64,000 nucleotides of DNA from Camelus ferus (taxonomy: Eukaryota). The notes beneath the pieces are model-generated. The model saw only the letters and a list, made by a program, of their open reading frames with translations, ran no database searches and had not been told where the DNA came from. Numbering within the stretch: position 1 is the stretch's first letter; every line of letters starts with the position of its first letter. The translations under genes were made by a program, and so were the position numbers. Below, piece by piece: positions 39,816 through 50,274 of this stretch. Location of the stretch: positions 63,986,001 to 64,050,000 of the forward strand of contig NC_045696.1 in the NCBI RefSeq assembly GCF_009834535.1, in the 5' to 3' direction.

Positions 39816-41045
39816 CTCAGCCACCAAAGGGCTTTCTTCAGAGGTTATACTTGAGGTAAGGGCTCCAGCGATGTGGAGAAAAGGTTTGAAATGATTCGAG
39901 GTTAAGGTTCACCTCAGGTAGGACCAACAGGGGCGCCCATGGGACGTTCGTCCCCGGCTCTTGCTGACTAGACCTGTGTCTGACCCCAAGTGGCGCACTT
40001 TGTGGAGTCGTCCCGTGGTGCACACACAAGACATCCGGACTTCCATGATTAAAAGGAACTTGATGTGTGAAATCAGCCATAGGATTTCATAATAAAAATA
40101 AGTCAGGTTTTCCCAGAATGTTCAAAGTGCATTAAGGTCCTCAAAGGATGACTCTCTCACCAGGGCTGCCAGCAGAAGTGATCGCCCTCGGCGGGGGGGG
40201 GGGGGGGGGGGGGGGGAGGTCCGGTGCTGTGCTCCCTCCCAGCGCCTCCCCCACCTCCCGTGTCGTCTCCCTCTCAGCCTATTTCTACTCTCCTGGGGAT
40301 GCCTCACCCCACTTCTCCCTCCTTCCCTTTCTCCCCACTCTTCCTTTTGAAAACAAATCCTTTCTCTCCTCCCCTCTCTTCTCTCCTCTCTGGCTCCCTC
40401 CTCTTCCTGGGCCAACCCTCCTTCCTTCTGTCCTGTCCCTCTTCCCCGCAGGAGTCCCCTGAAGGCTTTCTCCTCTCAGCATTTCACTGGGTCGCACTAA
40501 GCAGTGCCAGCTGTGCTTATCCAATGCACATCTGAGGACGAGCTAGTCTCCTCGCAAGCCCTCCCAAGGGAAATAAAGCATTACCAGCCTCAGAAATTGA
40601 TCTGGCTGCCTTGAGGTCTGCGGGGAGGAGAGGGGAGCTTTGCCCTTCTGTGGGCTGGATGGGAAGGGTCCATGTAAACAGGACCGTGCTTACATCCAGC
40701 AGTGCTGCCCAGGCCTGAGCCAGGTCCTAGTTCCTCCAACAGTCTGGGAGCTGTCATCACAACCACTGGAGTCATATCCGTAGAAACGGATTTAAAGAGA
40801 CCATAGAGGCATCTAAATTAAAGCTTCTCTTTTTACAGCTGAGGAAATAGACAGCCAGAGAAATTAAGCGATGTGTTTAAAGTCACATAGATGGTCAGTG
40901 TTAGGGACCAGGTGGTGGCTATTTACAATAGCTTTGGGTTGAAAAAAAAAAGCCTACAGGACAGCCAAGGCTGGTGATGATACAACAGCCAGGTCCCTGG
41001 GGCATCTCACTCAGCAAAGGAAACAGAAAGCACGTCAAGACTCAC

Positions 41046-41423
41046 CTAATAGTTGGGCGGTGGTGTACTAGCCTGGTCTGTATAGAGACTCTGTGGCTGA
41101 CTGTCTTCGGAGAGGTTCAGCTTGACTCTAGGGAAGATGCTCCCATGTGCTCCGAGATTGAGGTTTCCATAGGGACCCTGTGGCTGACTGTCTTCAGAGA
41201 GGTTCAGCCTGACTCTGGGGAAGATGCTCCCATGTGCTCCGAGATTGAGGTTTGCATAGGGACCCTGTGGCTGACTGTCTTCAGAGAGGTTCAGACTGAC
41301 TTTAGGAAGATGCTCCCATCTGCTCCGAGATTGCTAAAGCCGGTCATCTCCTGTAGTCTCAGATTTTGAAATTCATTCTCAACCAAGTTCTGTTCTTCCA
41401 TATTCTTGCCTTTGATCTTTAAT
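41046..41423 (-). CDS. MUC13: MUC13 exon 11 (cytoplasmic tail); contains a -1 indel at 41305-41306
   Basis: gattacag|A TTA AAG... reads LKIKGKNMEEQNLVENEFQNLRLQEMTGFSNLGADGSIF(P)KV...PPPNY TAG|gtgagt, similar to recalled human EEENLIDEDFQNLKLRSTGFTNLGAEGSVFPKV...PRPDY; 378 nt where 379 are needed. Confidence 0.92.
41073..41332 (-). repeat. MUC13: Three tandem 87-bp (29-aa) coding repeats in the MUC13 tail
   Basis: ctgtggctgactgtcttc recurs at 41091, 41178 and 41265 (period 87). Confidence 0.97.
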
Positions 41424-43405
41424 CTGTAATCAGTAACAGGAATTAGAATCTGACAATGGTGGCAAGTTCCTTGAAGCGAATATTAATATTTTATTTAAAA
41501 AAGATTTAACATTTTGAGTAATTTCAAATTACGTATAAGTTACAAAAAACAGTATTACACGAAGCTCCCATACATCTATCCACCCAGATTCCCCGTTGTT
41601 AATATTTCTGAGCTATTTAAGAACAAGCTGCAGACCTGATGTCCACCACCCATAGTGTCTCATTACTTCATTCCATGCAGATTCCCTCAGTCCATTCATA
41701 AGTTTCCAGGAAACCATCAAACCAGAACGTTAATCCTGATCTAGCATTACTGTCTCATTCTACTGATCCCATTTACTATTTGCTAATAATGTTAGTATTG
41801 TTAAATGTGTCTTTGAATTCTTTATGGAAATGATAATAAAGGTCAAAGAAAAAGATGATTTGTGACAAAACTTTCATTCAGGCAGAGTCACTATCCACAG
41901 AAGCACCTCAGTGAATTAAGTGAGTCCCCAGGTATAAAGGTCTCAGGAGGAGGAACCAAAGTTTTCCCAGGTTCTGCTGCAGGCCCTCAGGGATCTCAAA
42001 GGGTCAAAGCCAAATGGAAGTATTTGCAGGTGAAGGAGGCATCTGCCCCAAGTGAACCTCAAACCCCAGCCATGGTCCTGCCCTTCAGAGTGGGTCGTGG
42101 GGCCAGAGGCACCTATGATGGCCACAGGGCAGTCCCAGGGTGAGCCTCAGACACTGGGAATGTTGTAAAGGAAGACCCAGCCCCCTGGTGACCGTGATGG
42201 CCAGCCCAGCCCACAGTACAGCTCCTGCCCTGTGACAGCCCTCCTGTCTAAGGTGACGGAGGAGAGGTTTCCTTCCCTTGAAATGGACAAGGAAATGATA
42301 ACTCCTGGCTTGCTCCCAAGAGTCACGAGACTGAGGACTGAGCTAAGAGCAAGCCAGGCTCTGCACTAGGAGGGAGAACCGAGAACCAGGGCTGTCCCAG
42401 GGGCGAGCGTCCCCCCACGGCCCCGCAGGGCAGGAGCCAGTCCCGAGAGAGACAGCCTGGCTCCAGAACCCTGGGGTCCCTGGCCCTCTCCCTGCAAAAG
42501 GATCATTCTCAGTTCCCAGCTTGGCATCCTGGCAAGCAAGTCTCTGGGGAAGAGTTAATATCAAAATGGAATAGAAGACAAATAAAATTTTAGAAAAGTA
42601 AACTCTATTTGTCCTCTCTTGTTACAGTGCAAAAATACCTATTTTGCCAAAATTTGATAGCAGATAAATGTTATTTTTAAGTAGCTTGGTTTTACTACAG
42701 TGGCTCCTCACTTGGCACATTTAGAATGGACTGGATAACAGCTTTCACCCTGCTGATGGAGGGAACTCAAGATATCTAACTATTCGTTCAGGAAATGAAT
42801 GGACCCCACTCAGTTTTAAGAAGAGCACTTAAGACACCGCGCTGAGGAGCAGCCATGAGGAGATCATGTTTCTAAAGCCCAGGGGCTCACTTGAGGTTGT
42901 CTGGCTATTTGTGTGAAGACCTGGGCAGGGGAGTGATTGATGAAAATTAGATCTGACAACATCAGTGGAGTCAAATACGCTAACAGACGAGTCTCAGTGC
43001 CATCAGAGAGCGGCTGCTCTGTCACAGTACAGTATTAAGCAAAAACAAACCTCAGGAAAAAAAATTTTAAAACACAAAGAATACAAAATTATCTATGTCA
43101 TTTTAAAAGGTAGAAACAACCTGGAAGAATGTATTTCAAAATGTTGGTGACTGCAGGGTGTCAGGTTTTGTGGGTGAGTGTTTATTCTGCTCCTGTACAC
43201 ATTTCTCTCTTTTCTTCAATGATCATGTGTAGCTTATAGAATCAGAAGAAAATTCAGGTAAGAAAAAAAGGTCATTGGTGTGAGAGAGGCCTCGCCGTAT
43301 TTTTCAGCTCTTGCCCAGGGAAGTCTGGGCACGTCTGGAAGTTTGGAAACCAGAGTGTAATGATGGTATCACTGTGTCCCCCAAAAGGGACACTTCATCC
43401 TATAC

Positions 43406-43490
43406 CTTATCGAGAAGATGAATGCAGTCACTACACCGAGGATGAGGATGCCAGCAATGGTACCCACGATGGTGAGGATCAGCTGAAAAT
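43406..43490 (-). CDS. MUC13: MUC13 exon 10 (transmembrane helix)
   Basis: ctttcag| 85 nt |gtatag, phase 1-2; (N)FQLILTIVGTIAGILILGVVTAFIFSI(R). Confidence 0.95.
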
Positions 43491-43974
43491 CTGAAAGAGA
43501 AAAGAGCTGAGTAGGAGAGGCTCCCCCCGAGCACACCTCCACTGCCTACTGCACAGGTGCATGTGTTCCCAGTGGGTCCTGGCCCTGAGGACAATCAGGC
43601 TGTGGTCTCTGATGCCTCCAGGGCCAGGATGGAGGGTGGCCCCACCTCCTTTAACCCTCTGTCCACCCACCCCCATCTGTGTCTTCAGAACTCAATCAGA
43701 AGAGACAGCCTTGCGAGATAAACCAAGACCATAAACACAAAGGAGGCCATGGTGGCAGGACCTTGTTGGGCTTCGTGGTGGTTGGGATCTCATCTGAGGT
43801 CCACACACCTCCGTGCCTCTGCTGCCTGTGCCTGCCCATCGCTGACCTTGCTGATAAACTAGGGGAACCAGGTGGGGGTTAACTGTGCCAGTAACAGAGG
43901 ATCCAGGAAATGGCCTGATGGAACCGGTGAGGGAAGAGCCTGGAAGTTCATTACCACCCATCCTCCTCTAGATC

Positions 43975-44257
43975 TGCTCTGTCTGGCACTACTGAGCCCT
44001 TGAAAAGTGGCCTTGGGCTGCCCTTTAAGTGTAACATGTGCAGCGGATTCCAAACACACAGTATGAAAAAAATGTAATCCATCTCATTAATAATTCCTAG
44101 ATTAATAACCTGTTGAAATGATAATGTGTTCAATATCAAGCAAAATAAAATAATTAAAATCATTTTCACCTATTTCTTTTTACTTTTTACTTAACACTTT
44201 GAAAATCTGAAATTAATTCTGCAGCTCATGTGCTGTGTCTGTTGGACGCTGCTGCTC
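43975..44257. mobile_element. MER3/MER33-like DNA transposon relic
   Basis: ctgctctgtctggcactactgagccc...gtctgttggacgctgctg; limits approximate. Confidence 0.5.
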
Positions 44258-45066
44258 TAACCACTTGGATTTTTTCTTCTGCATGACTGCCCTGCGTATC
44301 ACCTCCAACCTCACTCACGGGGCTATCAACCATTAAGTCTAGGAAAAAACCCTCAAAGGTGATCTGGTCCGAAACTCTCATTTTATAGGTGTGGACACAG
44401 AAACCCCAGAAAGGAGAAATGATTTAGCAAACCCAGCCTCACAGCAAAAGATAGTAGGAATTGAAAGCATTTCTCATCATTAACTTTGTGGCTGGCTGAG
44501 AGACTGACAGGGGTATTTCATTCATCACTGATCTTTTAATTCATTACATACAATTTCAAATATAAAATCATTTAACATATAAAGTTAGTATTGACCCCAA
44601 CTGGTGGGAAAGAACTAAGCAACTGAATTTGCAACAACACATGCAAACTAAGAAATCACTCTCAGGCAGAAAAGATTTGAATATTTAACGTCTGTTTTCT
44701 GGTTCTGCTCTCCCATGACCACACATTTTTGGAAAACACTGGCCTTGGATCCTTTCTAGCAGCAGACAAGGCATATTTAAGCTACTGTAGGAAGGAAACA
44801 TAAGGTTGGGACTCCCTTCTTGGCCTGGGGCAAGTCCAGAGGCAGCAGCCCACGTGCTGGACTGACTTCTCTGATTTCTCACAGCAGAGGGGCCCTGCCC
44901 GAGACTAAGGGTGGGCATGGGATGGCCTGACCCAGAAGACAAACACAGGCAGGTTTTCTGTGTCTTTGAGAAACAGGCCCGAGACTTGGGGCACTGGACA
45001 GATTCTGAATGTGGTCAAGGTTTGCATCTCAGTTATTGAATAACAGAGCAAGACTTTTCTACTCAC

Positions 45067-45104
45067 TGTCTTTACAGCCAACTCCGCTGTAGCCAAATGC
45101 ACAC
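45067..45104 (-). CDS. MUC13: MUC13 exon 9 (juxtamembrane Cys-rich piece)
   Basis: tgtttcag| 38 nt |gtgagt, phase 2-1; CAFGYSGVGCKD (recalled human CAFGYSGLDCKD). Confidence 0.95.
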
Positions 45105-45568
45105 CTGAAACACAAGGAGCAGGAAACCGTGGTAAAGAGCCTTGTGGGAGCAGGCCAGACCTCCCACCCAACCTCCGTATGGTCCTTGCATCTCTTTCTT
45201 TATCCTCCCTGTTCCATCTTCTTTTCGTCATTTCTTTCTTACCCTCCCCATCTTCCTGGCTAAACCTGGAAGGTTGAGGGGGGCACACAATCCCACATGC
45301 TTCCATTTGCTACCATGAATGCTCATGCTGTGAGCACCAGGAGGATTCAGCAATTCAGGGGAGGCTGAGCCTGAGAGGCACGGAGCATAGCAGGACCCCC
45401 TCGGGCTGTGGGCCTACCTGGCCCTGCTGAATATTTGCTGCCCTGTGAGGTGGGGCACGTTATTTATATTCTTTGAGCTTCGGGTTCCTCACCTGAAAAT
45501 GGGGACAGTGCTGTTGTGTGAGAAGAATTACCTAGTGTGGTTCCTAGCACACAGAGGATGTTCAAAAG

Positions 45569-45832
45569 GCTGCTGCTGCTGCTGCTGATGGTGATGATGG
45601 TGGTAGTGGTGATGATGGTGATGATGGTGATGATGGTGGTGTAGCGGTGATTGTGATGGTGATGGTGGTGATGGTGGTGATGGTGGTGATGATGGTGGTG
45701 TAATGGTGGTGATGATGGTGGTGGTGGTGATAGTGGTGGCAGGGATAGAGGTGGTGTTGGGTGGTTGGTGGTGGTGGTGGTAACGACGATGGTTATGATG
45801 ACGATAGTGATGATGACAGTCATGGTCATGAT
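45569..45832. repeat. Low-complexity (GGT/GAT)n trinucleotide tract with a short (CTG)n lead
   Basis: Seen directly; lies in MUC13 intron 8. Confidence 0.92.
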
Positions 45833-45959
45833 GCTCTGTACCTACCAGCTTTTGGCAGGAGCCAACACCCTGACCCTAAACTCATACATCTGTTACAAGC
45901 TCTATCCTTTTCGCTCAGCCTCAGCTACGGCAAGATGAAAAAGCAGTGTCTTCTCTTAC

Positions 45960-46091
45960 GGTTGACAGGCCCCGTGGACTGTCCTCCCGGTAGCCCGGCA
46001 GGCACACGCAGTCCGCGCTCGTGCTGCTCCTCACTAAACATTGCCGCTTGTTCTCTGCGTTGCAGGGTGTCATCGCAGGTTGGACCGAAGG
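45960..46091 (-). CDS. MUC13: MUC13 exon 8 (EGF-like 3); contains two +1 indels
   Basis: tttgtag| 132 nt |gtaaga where 130 are needed; corrected reading AFGPTCDDTCNAENKRQCLVRSSTSADCVCLPGYREDS..ACQP has the Cys pattern of recalled human KCPDACNAQHKQCLIKK...CACVPGYQEDANGNCQ. Confidence 0.9.
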
Positions 46092-46419
46092 CTACAAACA
46101 GAGTGATTTCTGGTAATTTCAGACACAACCTCCTCCTATCCAAAGTGACATGTCACAGAAATACAGTGTTTTTCACATTGCTCTTTCTAGGTAAAAGGAA
46201 AGTGCTCAGTGGTCTGCACGTAATGTGCCCCCTGTGAAGCTGCACAAGGCTCTCCTCACCGGCTCTCAGCCAAGGCCCCACCCAGGTCCGTAGGTCTACA
46301 GCCAACATTCCCACTCCTTAGACTCTGAAATGCACATGGGAACTTGAGCAGGACAGTCTGTATTTTGAAAATGTATAAGGAGAGAGGAGAGGGACATTTA
46401 GAACCAAGGGAGCCCTTAC

Positions 46420-46546
46420 CGACACACATGGGGATCTGCGGGTTGGGCCTCACCAGCCCCTGTTTGCACTGACACAGTAAACCACTGGAGCAGTTTGTCC
46501 TGGTCATTCTTCTTCTCACAACCATAGTAGTCACACCGGTCTTGCT
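46420..46546 (-). CDS. MUC13: MUC13 exon 7 (EGF-like 2); contains a +1 indel
   Basis: ctctcag| 127 nt |gtaagg where 126 are needed; EQDRCDYYGCEKKNDQD in one frame and NCSSGLLCQCKQGLVRPNPQIPMCV in the next. Confidence 0.92.
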
Positions 46547-49229
46547 CTGAGAGGCACACAGAATTCAAAGATGAATTAGGAAGACAGTATGGATAGGTGA
46601 CTTGTAAAGCACTCACTCAATTGTTGTGGTAATTGCTTTTTAATAGGTTTGGAATTTAACAAATAAAGACCTGAGACTCTAAAATTCAAGGCCCCAATCA
46701 TTTCTTCTATATCTATATCCTATATTACTCAATTCAAATTAATTCAATCCAGTGCAGTACAGTTATGTTCAATTTCAAGACCTCTTTTGCACCTGGCTCT
46801 TTGCTGGATTCCACAGGGGACACAGTAGCTGTGTAAGTTTCAGGCCCCATCTTTGTAGAGTTACATGACTGTCACATCCAGCAGCAGCCTTAGGAAACAG
46901 TGGGAACTCAGGGGCTCGGGTAGCTAAAGGTCACATTGTGGAGGAGGTGGGTACTGGGCCAAGTGCTGAAAGATGGGGAAGATATGAACAGTCAAAGGAG
47001 AGACAAAATCTGTCGAAGTGCAGTAAGTGAGGCATGAAAAGAAGTGAAGGATTGTTGTCCGGGAGTGACGGAGTTTGTACGTGGGCAGAAGAGAGGCAGA
47101 GAGGTGAGGAGGGAACGTCAGGATTTCTCAGCTCTGCCGTTGATTGGCTGTGGGCTTCCTGTTCAATTATTTCATTGGTGGTGGGTCCACGTTCCCTCCA
47201 TCTATGAACTAAGGCTAATGATTCTTGTTTCGTGTGATTGTTGCGAGAATGAATGAGATCATGGAAATGCAAGTGTCCACTCAGCAAATAATCGTTGTTT
47301 TGTTCATTCACAGGTAGAGCAGGGTTTGAACACAAGGCTAAGGACATTGATGTTTATCATATAAGCCTGAAAATCATTGGTCGATTTTGACCAGAAGCAT
47401 GGCAGGAGGAAGCAATCTGGTAAGTAAGTTAGTCTAGAAGCAGAGCGGAAGGCATTAGGGATAAATGGGGGAACGTGAGGATGGATGATGGGGAGGGGAT
47501 AGGAGCAGGTAGAGCAGATACGTGCTCACTCTCTTCTAAACACCCCAAATCCATACCTGACCTTCCTTCATCACCTGCCCTTTCAAAATGCCTCCAATTA
47601 AAAGCTTAGAGAAAGAGATTCTACAGCTTTTGACACAGAAGAATCTGTCTTTGCAGCAGGAGCAAGAGAGCATGAGAAGCTGTTTTTCTCCAGAAGTTTG
47701 GCACTCTCACGTCCATTTGCTGGGCGGTTCATGCTCCTGTGGCCACCTCGAGCTGGCAGCATGTGGTATTTGCTAATGTATCTCAGAGTACGTGACTGGT
47801 CTCAGAGTGGGGAGATGCTGAGAGCAGCTGGTAAAGAAGAGCATTTCTCAGTCTGAGGCTGAACGGTTTCAAGTTGGCCAGAGCTCAGAGCCAAGTAGAA
47901 CCAAATGAGAGCACGGCAAAGGGTACTCAACTATGTCCTGAAGGGTACAATGGTTATTTTCATCTAGTACCCACTCTGAGCGGTCAGTCCCCATGCTGAT
48001 GGGAACCCTCAACTTCCTCGCACTTGCTGGAGATCTCATCTAGCCCAAAGCAGAGCGTAGGATAAGGTTCTGTCTTGCCCTGCTGACAATTTCACCTTCC
48101 GGGGGAGAGGTTCTGACTGCATGAATTGCTACCCTCAGCCAAATTCTGACCCCAAGGAGAAATTTATCGGCAGGCAGAAGTGATGGGTCTCCCGGAAGAC
48201 AAGGATCACGTGACAGCCAGAAAGAGGAGTGTGACTTAGAGTAAATGTTGACATGTTCAGAAAGGACAAGGTGTAGGTCCACGGCACGAGACTCTGGAAG
48301 ATGAAAGTAGAAGAGAAGGTAAGAAGCTCTGAAAATGTGATTATAACTGTGCAGCTGCAAATGATCCCAATAGATGTAGAAAAAAAATACAGTGGGAGAG
48401 TGTCTGTAACTTAAGAAACTGGCATGGTTTGCACAGAAGCTCTCAGATGAGAGACAGAAACAAAATATGAAAAGAAGGTCCTGGAACCAAAGATGGAATA
48501 TTAAACATGTGACACAGTCTAGAGTCCCAAATGAGTTCAAGTTTGCCACAAGCAAAACCCAAAACAGCAGCAAGAGTCCAATGACACAGAGTAAAGGGTT
48601 TAAACATGAAAATGGGTAAATAGTGAAGGGGTGTGTGTCTCTTCCACCAGGAATAATACTTGGATGGAAAAGAGTTGAATGGACATGGCTAAGGGAACTG
48701 AAGTCCCCGGAAAGAACACAGAGCAGAGCAGCCCCCATCATTCCTGACAAAAGTTTAAGTATTTTATTCCAGAGCATTTATATTCCAGGTCCTGAGAGAA
48801 CAGTGAGAATCTTTGTGGAATCTTGAAAAAAAGATAAAAGAGAGAGAGAGAGAGAAGGTGCCGGAAAACGATCAATGACCAGGATTTCTTTATATTTTCA
48901 AAAAGAGAAATAAATTTTGCAAACTAGGCCATGGAGGTTCCAAACATCAAAAAGCAAACATTCAAGAGACGAAAAGAGGAGTCTTGGAAGGATCAAAAAT
49001 GAAGATGAGGGAGGCGGGCAGGGGTCAAGGGAAGGTGGGGGGAGGCCCAGAGAGAAAAGGACTTCAGGACGGGGAGGGAGCAGTGTCAGAGGCTACAGAG
49101 AAGTCAGAGAAATTGTTCCTCAGCAGAAGCCTTTGGATTGGTTGCCACAGGGAGAACCAGTTATAAAGAACTTCCCGCAGGCCAGCCGGCCCTAACAGCT
49201 CCCTCTGAGGGGAGGACCTCCTGAGGACG

Positions 49230-49697
49230 GCTGTGCTGGTTGCAGTCATAGTACCAGTTTACTCCTGCCTTCCTATCTACTCCCCTAGCAGCACCGGGCA
49301 CACTGTGTTTGGTCATGTGAACTGAGGACAGTTGTAAAATCTAACATAAGCAGAAAGTGAGAAACACCTGTGTATTGAAACTTGCCCTCTTGCTGCTCTT
49401 GAAACTCTTTGGGACTAACCTGCTGGGGGATGAGAGACCACGTGGAGCAGGGACTAACTGTCCCGCTGAATCATCTGAGATCAACTGGTCCCCAGGAGGC
49501 CCACCCAGCAGCTAACGGCAGATGCCTAAGTGAGCCCAGCAGAGAGCAGCCAAGCTCCACCTAGGTCAGCAGAAGTGCCCAGCTGAGCTCAGCCCACATT
49601 CTGACCCAGAGAATCACGGTGCGGTAATAAATAAATGGTGGTTGTTTTAGGCCACTAAGTTTGGGGTGTTTGTAACACAGCAGAAATGAACAGTCAC
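49230..49697 (+). mobile_element. MaLR (MLT1-type) solo LTR
   Basis: ccagctgagctcagccca...aataaatggtggttgttttaggccactaagtttggggtgtttgtaacacagca is a typical MLT1 3' end; 5' limit uncertain. Confidence 0.75.
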
Positions 49698-50107
49698 AGC
49701 TCTGCTGTGGGCTTGTGTGTCTGCCTAGAGGAGAGCCAGTATAAGTAAAACTTTCTGTGAGCATTTGGAAAGCTCTAACTTGGTAGAGAGCCCTCTTTTT
49801 TCTCCTTCTTCATCTTTCCATGTCCAGAGGCTATTTGTCCAAGACTACCTTCCAAGCAGAGGGACAAACTAGTCCATTTTTTGACTTAGGAGACAGTTAG
49901 GAAGGAGCAGAAGCCACGTGAGAGAGGAAAGGGAGGGAGGAAGAAAGGACGGTGCAAAGGAAAACTCGTCTGTGGACGTCAAAGGACAGATGTCTGTGGA
50001 TTCAATTACCCAGTTCTTCTGGCCCCCTTCACACAAATAATAGCAAAGTTTATGAAAACCTAGATAGGTCTTCAGGTAAATGTGGAATAAAATTATTTGA
50101 TACTTAC

Positions 50108-50274
50108 CAGTATATCCTGTAAAGACATCTGCATTGTCTTCAATTGCTTTTGTAATTGCATTAGATACTGTAGTCTCATTTAGTTCTGTAGTTTCCTTAA
50201 AGATGTTTACTACTTCTACGTCAACATCCTTGTCACCAGCACGCAATTCAGATCTTGCTGCAGATGTCCTAAGA
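50108..50274 (-). CDS. MUC13: MUC13 exon 6 (SEA domain, C-terminal part)
   Basis: tttcag| ... |gtaagt, phase 2-1; TSAARSELRAGDKDVDVEVVNIFKETTELNETTVSNAITKAIEDNADVFTGYT. A second in-frame acceptor would start the exon at 50268. Confidence 0.92.

Noticed and set aside
40192..40216. Poly-G tract as a G-quadruplex element
   Set aside because: Homopolymer length is unreliable in this assembly and there is no other support.
41073..41332. CRISPR-like regular repeats
   Set aside because: Contiguous tandem units with no unique spacers, inside a mammalian coding exon.
40974..41369. 131-aa + strand ORF with internal repeats
   Set aside because: Antisense shadow of the MUC13 tail triplication.
45464..45829. 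Poly-His/Thr/Ile ORF
   Set aside because: Translation of an intronic trinucleotide low-complexity tract.
45960..46546. Compensated triple frameshift giving an alternative full-length MUC13
   Set aside because: The shifted frame meets TGA at 46070-46072 before the frame is restored.
48040..48777. 245-aa hydrophobic - strand ORF
   Set aside because: Intronic, no domain pattern; composition reflects purine/pyrimidine strand skew, possibly old repeat-derived.
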